A stretch of DNA of 58,778 nt, filler included, from Sphacelaria rigidula (GCA_964200075.2; 9 parts of 9 records of this genome joined end to end with filler, not necessarily neighbours in it), one strand, 5' to 3'; counted from the whole stretch's first letter, positions 36,656 to 50,199 are shown. The notes: generated by a model not told the origin, from the sequence alone. Translations and numbers: made by a program.

Positions 36656-38159
36656 TGTACATCACTGTAGCTTCCACATCACCAGGCCTTTTTTGAAAAG
36701 AGGGTGATTATTTTTGCGGCAAAACATTCTTCTGCTGCCGTGCTGCTGTGCCTTGTTCAACTCGCCAACGGCCCATTGCACGACCTTGTGTTTGCTGCCG
36801 CCTGAGGCGAAGGCAATGCTCAATAGGCAATGTTCAATTGTTTTCAACTGCTTTGCTCCAATGTTCACGTGACATTGGCGGCAAAACCGGTGTGTTCGTG
36901 CTCCCAAATGATCGAGAACGCGACAAAGAAGAACACGGGGAAAATATACCCCGCCCAAGTAATCCCGTTTGAAGATTTCCATGATCTTCAACAGGGTTTT
37001 TTTTGTGGTACAGGTTCTTGTTTCAAGTTTCCATATCTTGAAAAGGCTTTTGTGGTTCGGGATCGACACCCCGCGAAAAAGAGACAGTTTGAGTGACTTA
37101 AAGTGGTCAGAACATGCGCCACAGGTATCAGATGACACCCAGACCTAAACGGTAGTGTACCGCTGAGCCTTCTCAGTGCGCTGCAAAAGAAAGCGCGGGA
37201 AAAAATGCCTTGCCTCCAGAAAAAACTTGGTAAAAGTGTTGAAAAATGTGAAATGACATATGTATATTTACATATTTGGAATGCTCTCTTTCGCGTGCGC
37301 TTTGCCTTAACTTCACACACCATCACTTCTCCTCTACGGGGTAAGGCCGTGCTCTCAAGGGATCCGACCATGTTTCCCCGTAGTATCTGCAGTGCACGTT
37401 ACTATCGAGCGCTGGATCAGTATCCTCCATCAGCGTTCATCGGATTGTACTTCCTGAATGGCCAATAGCCAGTCATTTCCGACTTGATATCCTTCATCAC
37501 CCCCATTTAGAATGAGAATGCGTGCAAAACGTGCAGCGACACTCGACAGTACTTACTGGCACGTTGTCGCAGATTTCACTTCGAGTTTTGCTCTACACCA
37601 TGCATCATACCCCCCGCGCGCGGGATCGCAAAAATGGATAAAGATGAATGCGTATGCGGGTGCCGACACCCACACTTCTTCTCAGCATTGCTTCACTTTA
37701 GACTAACTTATGCTTCGCAATTAATTCAAGTATTTGCTAGGCAGACCGCCGCACCCAGGCAATTTGGCTGGTGCGCCGATAGTCAATCGGGGTGGGAGGT
37801 TGCGGGGTCACCCTCCCGACGTATACCGTTCTTGTGAGCAGAGATGTTGTGCTCCGTCATCGAAAGCGTCAGGATGCGAGTACCAAAGAAGGAGCGGTGA
37901 GAGTCGATAGGGTGCGGGAGTACTGGTCCAATCCCCACACCACAAGGTCAGGCAAATACCGGAGGGTTGATACCTTGGTCCCTGAGACTTCGGACTCGTC
38001 CCGAGGAAGACTAGGGATAAAACGCTTGACGAAAAGGCGATGAAACTGTAGACATCGACGTAGTGACAAGCTGATATCATCTGCCTTAATTCCTAACGCG
38101 CCTCATTACGGATAATGTCACCAGTAGTGTCATTCTTACTTTTTTTCGCCACATTGTTT

Positions 38160-38290
38160 TCAACTCCTTCCCGTCCCTGGGATGAATCTGTAGTCTCAAG
38201 GGATCAACCCATCCCTCCCCTGGTACATGCCCGACATTATGGCATCATGACCTGGATCAGCGCTCTCGCACCGCATTGATTTTCGTCAAA
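38160..38290 (-). mobile_element. SINE group A core fragment (others at 37325-37420 -, 37895-38030 +, 7735-7810 +, 55073-55110 +, 56845-56915 -, 57170-57222 -)
   Basis: TCTCAAGGGATCAACCCATCCCTCCCC and GCACCGCATTGATTTTCGTCAAA motifs. Confidence 0.65.
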
Positions 38291-38777
38291 ATGTTTGATG
38301 CTGACGATAACTTGATGATTCCAACGATGAGAATCAGCCACGCATGGGAATAAACCCTCCAGCACTGAATCTGCTGGTAACCGAGTCCCCTATCTCGCGA
38401 CGATTTTACGATTTTAACGGTGAAAATCAGCCACACCTGAGAATAGACTTTAAATTTAAAGCACTGTCACACATGGGACTGAACACTCCATGCCTTCCGA
38501 GGCGGAAACAAGTTGATGCTACAACGGAAATCATTAAATAAAAAAAATGGCGGCTTGATTCTAAAGTGGAATCTGATCGGAAAATCGTCGGCCTCCCTCA
38601 GTCCCATTTTGGGTGCACTACCCCACCCAGAAACAACACCCCTCTACATAGACATCCCAACAAGAAGATAGGGAAATCAAGGGATTCGTGAGCACGCTTT
38701 GGCGCACTGGCATAGCAATGGTATCATCCACTACTCCTACTTTCTCCGTTGGATGAGTAAATGTCCTTATGGGGGGC

Positions 38778-38838
38778 GTACTCATTTGTTGCTTGCCTTA
38801 GTCATTTGACCATTGACCACGCATCCCTTTCGAGACGG
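38778..38838 (-). mobile_element. 61-bp 5'-truncated insertion of the poly(C)-ended family with a TSD
   Basis: Flanked by the direct repeat ATGTCCTTATGGGGGG(G)C at 38761-38777 and 38839-38856. Confidence 0.8.
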
Positions 38839-39255
38839 ATGTCCTTATGGGGGGGCAGATCATATCTCGCCAATGGAGTTACCTACGATGCTGAAGTTAG
38901 GTTTGCTGAAAAACTCTTGATATGGTGATGCTCATTAAAAACCAAAGTCCGACTCGGACTGACTGAGAACTTGTGGGTCGAAAAGTCGGAAATTTGGCGG
39001 ATTTTTGGGAATTTGTTTAGTTTTGTTTCGATTTTTTTTCGAGGATTGATGTTATTTACGACGTCTCGAGGCCCACCGCATCCCACACGCATCATGGATT
39101 CCCCCCCCCCCCCCCCCCCCACCCCCCCCCCCCCACCACCCCCGCCCCCCCCCCCNNNNNNNNNNNNNNNNNNNNNNNNNNNNNNNNNNNNNNNNNNNNT
39201 TAATTAATTAANNNNNNNNNNNNNNNNNNNNNNNNNNNNNNNNNNNNNNNNNNNN

Positions 39256-39379
39256 ATAGTCGCTCTCCACTGTGGAGCTGGGTGTGAGAAAAGATTCCAG
39301 ATCCCTCCGGGAATCGAACCCCCCAACTCAACTATCAGAAGGTTACGAAGTTACCAACTGAGCCACCGGGGCGACCGGC
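39256..39379 (-). mobile_element. SINE group B, tRNA-like head (cut by linker)
   Basis: GCCGGTCGCCCCGGTGGCTCAGTTGG...GGTTCGATTCCC. Confidence 0.8.
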
Positions 39380-42300
39380 ATACAGGTCTTGGCGTTATGT
39401 AAAGAGCTTATATTAATACGGTAGCTGTTGCATACTGTTGCACGGGGTCCTAGGATGCCCTGCGTACCCCATGCAATCCATCCAGAGGCTACCTTCCGCA
39501 CATAACCAATGCATTGCTTTTCTTCTGAGACACAAAGGGTTAATACTCACAACGATGCGCGGTGTATAGAGCAGCATTGTTTGTTTCATTCACATCACTG
39601 GATGTAAAGGGTCATCACTTCAACGTTTCCATTGCGGTGTGCGAAAGATCTGGCCTGTCACGGCTATAAAGCAAGCATAGCGTTGTCTCATCACACGGCA
39701 AAATCATAGCCGACCGTAGCACTGAGCAGCTGCGTGAGTCGTAACACGTGATTCAAACTGCCTGCAGTTGACATCCCAAGTGGAAGCGAGTTATTCGCTA
39801 CAGGCAGGTCGCCCTGTGCTCCTGGGGTTTGAAAGATATAACATCCAACAGCAATGCATGTCGTTCATCTAACAGCCATCCTTTTTGAGATGATCATTAC
39901 CCAGGACACGGCAGTGTTGTGAAGCTCTTGGGGCATCATTGCGCAGGCTCGGGGTGAACACCAACTTCAAGCCCAGCTGACTTCGGTAAACAGAGGATGT
40001 GAGACAGGCACAGTAGTTTGACTTCATGTGGCAGATTCAGTACACAGCAAGCTCGATGTGTGAGGCACAATAGCGTCGCTCCTGTCAGCTGCAATACACA
40101 GCAGAAATTGGGCTTACGGCAGCTATGGCATCGAAGAATATAGCAAAGTGGTGTAGAGAATCATTTCAACTTAGCATCAACCGTGATGTGGTGTATAAAG
40201 CAAGCATCGAGTTGTCTCATCTCACAGCTCCTTGCACGATCCACTTTAACATTTCAATCCTGTGTTCTCACTCCGTGAGAGCAAGTTTTATTTCAAGGCG
40301 TAAGAGAAATCGCACCTATCACCGGGCAAGTGCAAGTGTGTCGGTTTTTGAGCGACACGGTAACATATCACCGAACAGTAAAGCACGATTGATGCAGGAT
40401 CATTGTGAGGGATAACTGGTAGCATTAAAATAACAACAGTACGCCGCATCAGGTTACAGGAAGATGGGGTATCAGCCTGGTTCGTGCACTGTGCAAGCGT
40501 TGTGCAAGCGTTGTGCAAATTCATGTTTAGTGACGTGACGCACACAGCAGATGGCCCGCTTTCATGCCAGTTCAACAGCAACAGACAGTACATGAAAAAA
40601 ATGATTTATTATAAAACATTCAAGGCATGGGATATCTCCGATTTTTAAAAGACACAGCAAGTTTCGAATCAAGCAGGCAGTATTGCAACGGCATCCCCCG
40701 GACCTTATGGTATAGACAGACATACATGTGTACGCTTATTACAGACTCATTGTTGTCCTGCATAGATGGCGTAGAAACGCGGCTTCACGTGGACGAGAAC
40801 AAGCGCTGCATGGATGCGGTAGCTCAACTCCCGCGAACAGCATGAACTCAGCATCCAGTCTTACGCCAAAAAAAACGATCGCAATAGAATTCGACATATT
40901 TTCGCCCCGATACGCACGCACACGCCGCGCAACCCCAGATTCAGCAAGATGAGGTTGTTTTCTGTAGTCTACATGACATGTGGTCGAAGATTCAGCACGA
41001 AAAAACACCAGCAGCGCTTACACGGCCGTGTCTCCTGAAGTGAGCACCTTTACAGGCGATACCAAGGTAGGTACCGCGTAGAATGACATCATCCAGAGTG
41101 TACGCAATACGGATCAATGTATTCGCTTGCCGGGGCAGGAGCCACCCAGCAGGAAGTGAGCGTATTTACGTGTCAGCACATGCATCCACTGACGTCTCAC
41201 GCAGTCTGGGCCGAGGGGACTGCGTTTTGAGGGCGTATCGATGGCATTTCCCCAAATCCATTTTTTGCTTCGTGCGTCTAGCGCACCACGTAAAACGTGC
41301 CGCCGCTCCGGGAAAATGCTGTCGGTGTTGTGGTCTACCTCTGTGACAGGTTTCAGCCTGGTTAAAACAGACACGGCGGAGAAATCCACAAGCAAAATAA
41401 CCCTTGATTTGTTCTGAAAATACGCTACCAAACCCTCTTAAACTGTCGAAAGATACATAAGGTGCGTATGATTTTTGTATGCGGGAATCTTGGCAGTTGA
41501 CTAACCTTTGTTTTTTTGGCGTAAGTGTCATGATACGATACTCACCACCTAGGTAGGAAGATGCTAGTTCAGTGGGCACCAGGGCTAGCAGGTCCAAACA
41601 CAATCATTAGTATCGAAGCCATTGAGTTCGACGTTACCAAGTGTAGAGTCAGCCACCGCACCAGTGGTCAGGTGTCATGCCATGAGCCGCGCAGGCTGCG
41701 GCACAACATGTGTTGCATGAAGGTCAGGCTTACATTTGTGAAGACCAGAGAATCCTCTGAGATAGCAGTCCATGATGGCGTAGATGCTCTTGTATTATTG
41801 GGGTACAGGCTAACTTGTGCTTTGCTAGTTGAGATGCATAGTCCGAAACGCTGTGTCCCAAGGGGGGCCACCAAGTCAATCAAACAATGTAGTATGACCC
41901 ATTAGGTACCAAGCATGACAAAGTATGACAAATGGAACCCAGTCGACTGGGAAAATGACCAACAAATCTGTAACATCCCCCTAGCCATATTTATGTGGCT
42001 ACACACAAATTTATTGGAGTGCTGAAAGGGCCAGAACAAAAACAAAGCCTGTGCATCATACGCCTGAAAGTAAAACGAGAAAAACCTGCTAAATTACAGT
42101 ACAGGGGACAACTCGTTGCAGATCTAATGAATAGGTAAACCCTGATAAGCAGGGGAAAACTCCATCCGTTAGGAAAGGAAACAAATCTATAACGCCCTTT
42201 CCAACGACAGAAACAGCAGACAAGTACGGTCGCTGTCGTTTTCCTGGGATCTCAGTTAGACTGGAGAACGATCAGCTAGTTAGCGTGATCGCACATCGAC

Positions 42301-42909
42301 ACCCTGGATCAGTTACACTGGATTCTGGGGTAGTGCGGGGCTTCAACCTCGCTAAAAACAACCTTTCCGCGAACTGATCAATAGTTACATGAGTGCAGTT
42401 TTTGAGGGGTCCTCTTCTGTAACTACCGACACCTATTCTACTGGAAATAGAGACCACGCGCCTTGGCTCACACATGTGCCCGTATACTACCAAATGGGAA
42501 GCGGCACAAGAAAAAGACAAGGAACACTCAAAATTCATGACTGAAGCGTGCAGTAGCAGCAATATATAGTTACATTTTCCCTTATTTCACTACCGTATTC
42601 CTCTCGCAATGATATCGTATACCACATCACACAACAGCCATTCATACACGTCCATGGCTGCAGTCTATCTTTGGCTCCTCCGTTCCAGCTTGGAGCGCTC
42701 AACTTCCAAGCGAGATGGCTGTTCCAGTCTTCATCTTCGTATCGTACTCGCCGAAAGAAATTCCCATAATCATACACGTGGTGCTTCAGCTCGGCACTGC
42801 TGTAGCGTTTCCAGGAGGTAGCACCTATGGTAAAAGCTTCAAGGCATCACTACGTGGGGAAGCGGGGTGCTTCGAGTGCGATGGCGGGGTCGAAGAAACT
42901 GTGTGGTAA

Positions 42910-43340
42910 TACAGGTGCAAAAGGCTCATGACGCGGTTTGGGGCAATGGGCTGTGGGAAAATATACGAGGAACTGTGATCAAAGGAAAGGTGTGGACGAT
43001 GCTAGACAGGGAAATATCGAAATATTTCGATATTTTGAAAGGAGTTGCACCAGGATGTACGCTATCACCCTCTCTACTCGAGGTATTCTTTGATGACCTG
43101 ATACTAGCATGAGACATTGCAAAGCAAGGGGTAAAGTTGCTGAAGAAATTGGAAGCAGTGTAGATAATGATAATGATAATACTTAGATGCGGAAACGGTG
43201 CAAATGGCAGCTGGTGAAAGAATACTTGGATGCAATAAAATTAGTGAAGAAGTTGTGAACAGTACAGATTGCAACAGCTCAGAGAATACTTGGATGCAGT
43301 GAAGTTGGTGAAGGAGTTGGGAATAGTGCAGGTTACAGCA
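42910..43340 (+). pseudogene. Degenerate non-LTR (LINE) reverse transcriptase fragment
   Basis: VQKAHDAVWGNGLW and DILKGVAPGCTLSPSLLEVFFDDL correspond to the RT motifs D-x-x-KAYD and GV-x-QG-x-x-LSP-x-LF. Deletions and stops are present. Confidence 0.8.
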
Positions 43341-43921
43341 GCTAGGGGAATAAGTTATATGCTCGAAACGAATGAGTACGCCCCCCCCCCTCTTGAAGTC
43401 TTTCCCTTTTCCCCACCCGTCAGAGACTGAAACAACGTAGAAATCTCGACAATCCAACATGGTGACAGATACAGGCAATGCAGTCCAACACGACGCAAAT
43501 TCAGGGGTCAGGTGGAATGTGGGTGTGGCGTTCCAGTTTGGTCCCCCTCAAGGTGTGACACAAACACTTCGGGTATGAGGTGTTTCGGATGGAGTGGGCG
43601 GATATGGAAGGAACTTCTCGCTATTGAGACAGCGGTGGTACGTGTGTAATGTTTACGGCCAGTCCAGAGCTCGAAGGGGAATGTGTCAGACGGTAGCATG
43701 GCGTCAGGTCGTCGGGTAGGGTACGATTGCGCAAGAGTGTGCGTGAAACGTTCTCTCTCTGGGGCCAAGTTTTGTACAATTCTGTAACCTTTTCAGCAGC
43801 CGTCCCCCTAGGTTCTCGAATCCTGTGAAACTGTAGACATAATCATGGCGACAATAAAATAGACAAGGCATGCTGTGTAGAAATATAATAATGAGGTACG
43901 TTGTACTAAATATACCGAGAC

Positions 43922-44892
43922 AAAGCACAGAATTCTTGACCGAGGTGTTGCTCACCCAACTTTCCCCGGCAAAGTTTGTCGACTACACGATTTTATGTTC
44001 AGTAAAATTCGCCAAATATATCTTTACTGCAGGGTCTCACAGGTTCCTTAGCCTGTTAATCGATAATACCGGCATACCACCAGTACCCTCCAAATGCAAC
44101 GCAATTGCTCAGACGTCACGTCCATACCATCGAAAAACTCCGTGCGTTTTCAAAAGCCACCAGGTACCTTGGACAGTTTGTCCAGGAGCGTAGCATTCTA
44201 GTCGCCCTGCTGACCGATATTCTAAATAAGTAGGAAAGCCAATAGTATTGCTGCACGATGTAGGTAAACGCGCGCTCTTCGTTTGCTGTCAAACTCTTGT
44301 GCCGTACAAGTGCAGCAAGACTCCATCACCACAATCCGGTCGTCTCATGGTGGCTCAACTAGAATATGACATACGGACAAGAAACCTGCCCTCACACGCA
44401 TGAGTTGTACATTGATGCTCATTGGGCGAGAGTTTTGTTCGTATGCCATATTCTAGTTGAGCCACCATGAGACGACCGGATTGTGGTGGTGAAGTCTTGC
44501 TGCACTTGTACGGCACAAGAGTTTGACAGCAAACGGAGAGCGCGCGTTTACCTACATCGTGCAGCAATACTATTGGCTTTCCTACTTATTTAGAATATCG
44601 GTCAGCAGGGCGACTAGAATGCTACTCTCCTGGACAAACTGTCCAAGGTACCTGGTGGCTTCTAGAAACGCACGGAGTTTTCGATTGTATGGACGTGACG
44701 TCTGAGCAATTGCGTTGCATTTGGAGGCGACTGGTGGTATGCCGGTATTATCGATTAACAGGCTAAGGACCCTGTGAGACCCTGCAGTAAAGATATATTT
44801 GGCGAATTTTACTGAACATAAAATCGTGTAGTCGACAAACTTTGCCGGGGAAAGTTGGGTGAGCAACAACTCGGTTAAGAAGCTTGTGCATT
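43922..44892. repeat. Long inverted repeat, ~465-bp arms with a ~30-bp loop
   Basis: 43922-44391 is the reverse complement of 44423-44892 with scattered mismatches. The same pseudo-peptide appears in ORFs 43870(+) and 44869(-). Confidence 0.95.
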
Positions 44893-45098
44893 TCTTTTCT
44901 GATCATGCTGCGTTCTCGTGGTGGGAAGCCGCGTTCTTTTGTGGCAAAGAGTGTGCACGCGAGACAACAATCAGCAAAAAATATGAAACTCGTGCTTCGC
45001 CCCCCCCGAGGGGGTTAAGCGACCACATCGGCGGAATGAGTGTCTGAAAACCATATGTAGGGTCTGTAGAAAATGTCAAAGACACGGTATGTAGTCGC

Positions 45099-45315
45099 GC
45101 AGTCACCTTGCATGGTACGCTAGACATGAAGGGCAAAAAGATAAAGCAGGGCGACTAAGTCTGCGTACTGCACAAGTAAGGACAAGACATTGCACGAAAA
45201 TATTCGGCAGTCACCTTGCATGGTACGCTAGACATGAAGGGCAAAAAGATAAAGCAGGGCAACTACGTACGTCTGCGTACTGAATGAGTAATGGCAAGGC
45301 ATTCCACGGGAAGAT
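45099..45315. repeat. Tandem duplication, ~108-bp unit x2
   Basis: GCAGTCACCTTGCATGGTACGCTAGACATGAAGGGCAAAAAGATAAAGCAGGGC occurs twice. Confidence 0.9.
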
Positions 45316-47413
45316 GAGTGGCAGCATGATATCGAAAACCAAGTTTGAAGCAACTGAACAAGGTATTATCCAACTACGGTGCCGCGAAGGAACAAGGTAG
45401 TATCCAACTACGATACAGGTTGCGTCAAGAAGTCAACCTGGTGAATAGCAAACCATACAATCGATTACCAGTGTGGGATAAAATGGGGATCCTATTTAGT
45501 GGCACCAAGGTAATGACCCTCTTACCAAAATGCTATGAAACGGTACCCGGGATTAGCTGAACCAAACCAAACTGCGGACACTCCATAAAAAGGTACCCGG
45601 TATTTGCTCAATAAAACCAAGTTGCTGACACTCCACGCGGGAACATACCGTCATTGGCAAACCGTTCAGTGTTTCCTGCGTGTCCTCCCCAACGCANNNN
45701 NNNNNNNNNNNNNNNNNNNNNNNNNNNNNNNNNNNNNNNNTTAATTAATTAANNNNNNNNNNNNNNNNNNNNNNNNNNNNNNNNNNNNNNNNNNNNCCCG
45801 GCTGATGCACCCACATACACCGAAAGGTGTAGACTGGTGCCCAGAATAAATGGGACGACAATACACATACTGCCTGGAACGGGTGTAAGAATGTGGAGGC
45901 GTTTCGTTCCGGGCACTGTCTGTACCTGGTGCTGGATCTTTCACTCGCAATAATGCGGCGCAATTGTTGGGGATTTGGCTGTACGACGTGACCATTTGAA
46001 AACCACACGCCTGGGGGGTGTCCGTGGTGTACCTCCGCCAAGCGACAAACGAAACAAATTCGACCTACTACAGAGAGATGAATGAAGTGCTGACTCGGTA
46101 AGTTTAACGGCGCACGAGCACAATCCAGAAAAATCATCAACAAATCGACTTACACAAGTGTCCATAGGGTGGGGTATCTGCTTCAGGGCTGTTCATAATG
46201 ACCGTATGTTCACCCCACCACAAGAGCCCTTTGCTAGCCACCATCTCGGCCGTTCATGGGAAATACCCCGAGAATACATAACGCTTGCCCTAATGCGTGT
46301 GTAGAAATCTATATCTACGCTTGACTGCATGGTATCTATGTGTTATACTGCCAGTCCTCGTTGACTTGGGACCCTTTCTCGGGCTGTTGGCCTTTTTGTT
46401 CCCCAAAGCAGACTCAGGAGGCCCGAGGATGGAGAGTCATTCAGCCATACTTAATTCAACTCCGAGCAACCGCGACAGAGAGCAATCGCTGGCAGTATTC
46501 GAGAGTGAGTGATGTATGACTTCAAGTGCAGAAACTCTGGCACGCAACGGTGCTACGTTGCATTGTTTGCTGGACGGTGAGGCTGTGGTGACCTCAGAGA
46601 TATCTTGGGAGGTTACCTACATACTCCTAGTAGCCTATGGATAGTTAACAGCACCCAGAGTCGGGCACGTGTGCGCGAAGTGTAGACAGTGAACTGCAGT
46701 GCAATTGAGCTACTCAATATGTACTTTCATCGGCCGAACATGAGCTGGTAGTAACAGTAGCAGCAGCGGCAAGTAGAGCAGTAGTAGTAAGGAGGAGGAG
46801 GAGGGGGAATAGTATTTCGATCCAGGTGAACATGAAAACCATGATCACGGAAACGAGTATTGTCATACCCGTTATACGCCAGAGACTAGGTGTCTCACAA
46901 ATCCGCAGCGAACGGACAGGAGGCCGGGTTTTTGTTACGAGAGATAAGGTATCGAGCTTCACCTCGTACTGTGTGGGTTGCGGGTAGAACTAAACGGAAG
47001 TGGGCTGGGAAAACCCGCCCCAGCCCACCGGACGTACCGACTGCAATCCACGTCAGCTGGTTTCGACCCGATTATATTGGGCCGCGTCCTACGTTAGCAT
47101 GACACATATCATGCGGGGTAAACAGGCGTCGGTAGATATTATGGAACGTAGGAGTGCCTAGCATTAACAGCGGTTGCTGCGCAATATTTCAGCTGCTCGG
47201 TGCTGGGCAAGTACTGCATCGCTAATCGATGAGAGGTGGCGAAAAAGACGCCGAATATATATATATATATATATATTGTATTCCTTACACGTCCATAACG
47301 ACACGGATGTTAAGAACGATCCAAACGACAGTCATGAAGTTGTTTTTCCCATCGCTCGCTCCTGCTTACTCTGTCATCCATGTACATTTTCGTTACGATG
47401 TACGGTGGAGAAG

Positions 47414-47546
47414 GAAAGTCGCCGATGACGATAATCGACAAAATACATCGGCCACTGCTACAAGGAGAGCTGGAAAAGGAAGGGGGGGAGTCGGCGACCG
47501 ACCTCCCTCTCCTAGATCACTGAAGCGACAAGCGTCTTCACAGGAG
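47414..47546 (+). CDS. Candidate exon of an unidentified gene
   Basis: Ends CAG GAG|gtcagc in phase 0, compatible with the 48293 exon. The acceptor is weak. Confidence 0.35.
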
Positions 47547-48062
47547 GTCAGCAGAAGCGTAGCGTATGGCGGGTATCACGTGCCGCTCCGCCCCTAACGC
47601 GCGGATTTGTTCGGGATTTGTAGCACCAGCATCCCATGGTGCTTAGCCAAGCTTAAGCAGTGAAGAATCGTTGCAAACTATGAGTATTAGGCGAAAGATG
47701 GACCCAGCGTCGCGCGAGGAGGGACTGGTGGGGCATCCAAATAGAGTGAACATGTGATGTAGGACATCCATCCAAAGACCCGCCGTAGTGTAAGAAAAAT
47801 ACTCGCTGCCTCGTCCCTACGCTAAAAGGGTCTGTGTACGCGACTGGTTGTGCAGCTAGCCGATCTGCTCTCCATTCAAGGGATTAACATCGCCCCCAAA
47901 ACAAGTATCCCACACTTTCACTTATTTCAGACTGAAGGTCCTGCCTCTATGCAACACTGTACTAATTTATTTCAGGAACTCTTGCGTAGTGTACATATCT
48001 ACTCGTACTGAACAAACACGTTGATTTGCCCTGCCACAAACCCGCCGAAGACAAAAGATGAA

Positions 48063-48192
48063 GAGTTATGCTACGGTAGGGGTACAGAAATGATTTCTGA
48101 GATTAGAATTGTTAGGAGCCCCTNNNNNNNNNNGAGCCCCTGAACCAGACAAAATTTCGCGAAAAAAGTGCACCCCTACCGTAGCATTGCTC
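48063..48192. mobile_element. MITE with ~24-bp TIRs and a TGAA duplication (contains a 10-N gap)
   Basis: TGAA|GAGTTATGCTACGGTAGGGGTACA...TGCACCCCTACCGTAGCATTGCTC|TGAA. Confidence 0.75.
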
Positions 48193-48292
48193 TGAAGGCG
48201 ACCAAATAACCTTCAGCGCGCTTCCACAACCTATGTAGTTTTACCGATGATCATGGAGAGATTTCGCCGTTGCTGTCCATGTTGCCGAACAG

Positions 48293-48493
48293 ACGACAGG
48301 CGCTGTAGGCTCCAAGCTCATGCGGACGTCGACTGACCCTCGCGGTGCGGCGTCATCGAAAACGACCAACGCATCCTTGCCGTGGGAGAAACCTACAGCT
48401 ATCGACGGGGATGGCGGCGACAGTGGCGACGAGGACGGTTACAGCGGTTTCGGCGGGAATGTGCGTGAGGGAAGGCCACTGCTCCTGGACGAG
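48293..48493 (+). CDS. Exon of an unidentified gene
   Basis: gaacag|ACG...GAC GAG|gtacaa, 201 nt, GC-rich open frame, phase 0/0. Confidence 0.55.
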
Positions 48494-49426
48494 GTACAAT
48501 ATTCATGGTTGATGTAGTAGTGTGCTGCACGTTGAAGTGCGTATTTTCGCGATGACGGCCCTCCAAGCTCTTTGGACATATTTTCGGAGCAGTTGGAGTT
48601 AAAGGCATTACTGTTTGGAGCGATTAGAGGGCTTTGTAAAGCAGACCGGGTACCCTGTTGAACCTGGTGGGCAAGGAGCTTGGAGGACAGTTGGCAGGTA
48701 TTGACTGTGGTCAGATATTCACTGAGTGGTTTCGACAGCTGTATCTAATGACAACATAATCACATCAGAATGTAATAGTAGCTCTAGGAGTACACGGGAG
48801 GAATGTGGGCATTCTGATTAACCAGATCAAGGCCAATACTCGGTAATTAGTCGGCAGTCTTGATGTTGTTTACGCTTCACCTGAATCATATGAGTTTATA
48901 TTTAGGAGTGAAGGAAAAACCAGCGTGTGAGTATGTTGGTGGGGAGCAATGGACAGCACAAGCTGCCGGTACATTTTCAAGAAGACGAGAAGCAAAATAG
49001 CTGTTCAAACAGTCCAGCATCGCATCTACATCAAACAAACCACCACAAATGTCGATCCATGTCTCCGAAATAGCTTCCCAAGCGTATGCAGCAATACAAC
49101 AACCTTACTTGGACACGGGGCACTAGACAATGAGCGCTACTATGTAGGTATTTCCTGCCACTCACAGCGTGTCCGTACAGCGAAGAATGCAAGAAACGCT
49201 TTGTTGCGTTGTTCCTACCATTGCGTTCTGGTACCGTGCAGCGAAGCAAGCAGCAAATCACCATTTGAAATATTTTTTCCACCCCCGCACTACTTCGACA
49301 ACGTACCAAAACACCGAAAGGAATTCATACTTTAACTGTTGGAAAGCCCAGACGCGGCGTCCTGGCTCGAGCAGAGATACTGAGACTCCTTTCGCGTCGA
49401 TGGACGGCCGTTCCTTTCTTTCACAG

Positions 49427-49726
49427 GTTGCCGACTACATCGACGTCGATTTTCGGGACGGCACTGGTCCCGCAGCTCTTCACCCCACCGACGTCGCGCG
49501 AGCATTCCGAGACGTCGAATTCATATCGCGAGAAGATAGCGCCAGCGCCCGGCAAAAATTCTGGGCCGCTTTAAGCGACGGCGACGACGACGGGGTCGGT
49601 GGAGTTTCGAGCTTGTTGGCCGGAGGGAAAGGGGCCGGGCGGGGTGGAAGAAAAGGGGAGCACAAGAGGCGGCGCAAGCGGCGTGTGGTGCACGTGGAGT
49701 CGGCGACGACAGGCATGTTTTTCAAG
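49427..49726 (+). CDS. Exon of an unidentified gene with a basic NLS-like tract
   Basis: Strong acceptor ctttctttcacag|GTT...TTC AAG|gtatac, 300 nt. VADYIDVDFRDG...KRRRKRRVVHVES. Confidence 0.6.
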
Positions 49727-50199
49727 GTATACCGTTCGTGGTCCAGTTCAACACACATTAACTTCCGTCTGACACGAAACGTTTCAGCCCGGGGTTGCAT
49801 CTTATCATCTTGATCTTGAGCCGAGCGTCGTCTCTACTGCGTGAGACACCGATACGTCGCTTTTACGTGTCGTGTGGCGGACTTTGGTGCGCTTCCATCG
49901 GGCGCTGTCCGTGAGTGGGCTGTGGCTTACACCAACCAGTCGTCCACCAACTGCATCATGACCTCCGAGAGTCGGGTAGACGGCGAAGGAATTTTGGCTG
50001 CTGCGTGTGTGCGAGTTCCGCACATTGACTCCGTGAAGAGAACCTTGGAACCTGCGACTGAACAAGGAAGCACATAAACCATATTGATCACCAGGTATCG
50101 CCACTGAGCTATTCTTTCCCAGATGGCGCTAAGGTAATAGCTCAGTAGCTCATCAGTAGATCCAGACTCTCACAGTTGAATCATCTCCCACGCACCAGA

